Made by a program: the position numbers and the translations under genes. The notes below the pieces were generated by a model, which was given only the letters and a program-made list of their open reading frames with translations, did no database searches and was not told the origin of the DNA. DNA of 63,945 nucleotides, counting the filler, from Ministeria vibrans ATCC 50519 (lineage: Eukaryota > Protista > Filasterea), in assembly GCA_943704425.1 (NCBI GenBank). It is 7 parts of 7 records of this genome, joined end to end, with 100 filler letters (N's around TTAATTAATTAA, not from the genome) between each part and the next. Parts side by side here need not be neighbours in the genome. Positions count along the whole stretch, not along the records: positions 62,546 to 63,945 come from CALSCP010000325.1; 6 more parts are not named here. The stretch is one strand, 5' to 3'. Within the stretch, counting starts at the first letter, position 1, and every line of letters starts with the position of its first letter. Below are positions 63,235-63,945 of this stretch, one piece after another.

Positions 63235-63945
63235 AATCATATTAATAATCCTTTCTTCTTCATCCCGTGTTATGCAGATTAGTCTTAATTTTACGAGGGT
63301 TGCCGTAGACGTCACTGGATGGGCCCGTGGACCCATCACAGCTGTCGTAGATTGTAATCTGTGAGCAATTTTTCATTTTTTTTTTCACCTGATAGTTTGC
63401 TCTTTAACGATTAATTTTAATTTTTATCAAATAAAATATAAGTCATTTGTTTTGCATTACTCTGTCTATTACACGATGGCATCGACAGGACACGAAGGCT
63501 GCCTTGCGTGTGAGAAGCCGCTCAAGCGAAAAGTCAGCGTGGGCGAGGCACCGCTGCATCCTCGCTGCCAACTGCCTTGCGTCCAATGTGAAAAGGTGCC
63601 TTTTAACCACTTACCCACCGCCTCTTCGCCCCTGCCTGCGCCCTCATCTCCTTCCACGGGGCATCGTTGCACTGTCGGCGTCGTCCGCGGCCCTTCGGAA
63701 CTCCACCAACTGTCTAGACGTCCCAACGTCATCATTTCCAGCCATCAACCGTTCATTTTGAGCCTCCCGTCCATTAGCGTTCCACTCGCATCGCACACGC
63801 CTTCCCCACACCCTGCCCCCACTGCCTTTTGGCACGCCTCCCCGTCCCAACAGCGCCTTCTTCGCCACACACGCCTTGAAACGACCCTCTCGCGCCTCCC
63901 CCCTCCTCCCCCGCGCCTCCCCAACTCCCCTCTCACCCCCCACCC

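Noticed and set aside
63440-63945. Possible 3' end of a minus-strand gene at the window edge
   Set aside because: It looks coding-like, but the frame and splice pattern cannot be fixed and no family motif is recognisable.

Overview
This is eukaryotic genomic DNA with short GT-AG introns, GC-rich exons, AT-rich spacers and many microsatellites. It is made of seven contigs joined by artificial 100-nt N-TTAATTAATTAA-N linkers, so adjacency across linkers is not real. Gene content (tyrosine-kinase-family pseudokinase, usherin-like LamN/EGF/FN3 receptor, ATF6-like bZIP, CERT, enkurin, GON4L-like) points to a flagellated unicellular holozoan such as a choanoflagellate; this is inference. Most of the window is densely packed host genes: kinesin-14, GON4L-like, ADH5, enkurin, PTPA, EXOSC8, nucleoside hydrolase, DHHC, CH-CH-TM protein, usherin-like, ATF6-like, RBM8A, dUTPase, PEX11, SIN1, BOP1, RME-8 tail, BTB-pentapeptide protein, COPE, CERT, ADCK2-like and CD36-like. 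The outlier is contig 47777-53400. It carries an intronless T5orf172-type nuclease gene with a duplicated N-terminal module and an AT-rich, frameshifted, virus-like ORF. It also has two direct copies of a ~180-bp structured repeat that enclose a small secreted Cys-rich gene, with a tRNA-primer-binding-site-like 12-mer beside one copy. A third, diverged copy of the repeat sits at the enkurin stop codon on another contig. There is also a ~520-bp foldback element (14425-14944) and candidate RFX, E2F and telo-box sites next to functionally matching genes. All family calls come from motif recognition by eye; no searches were run.
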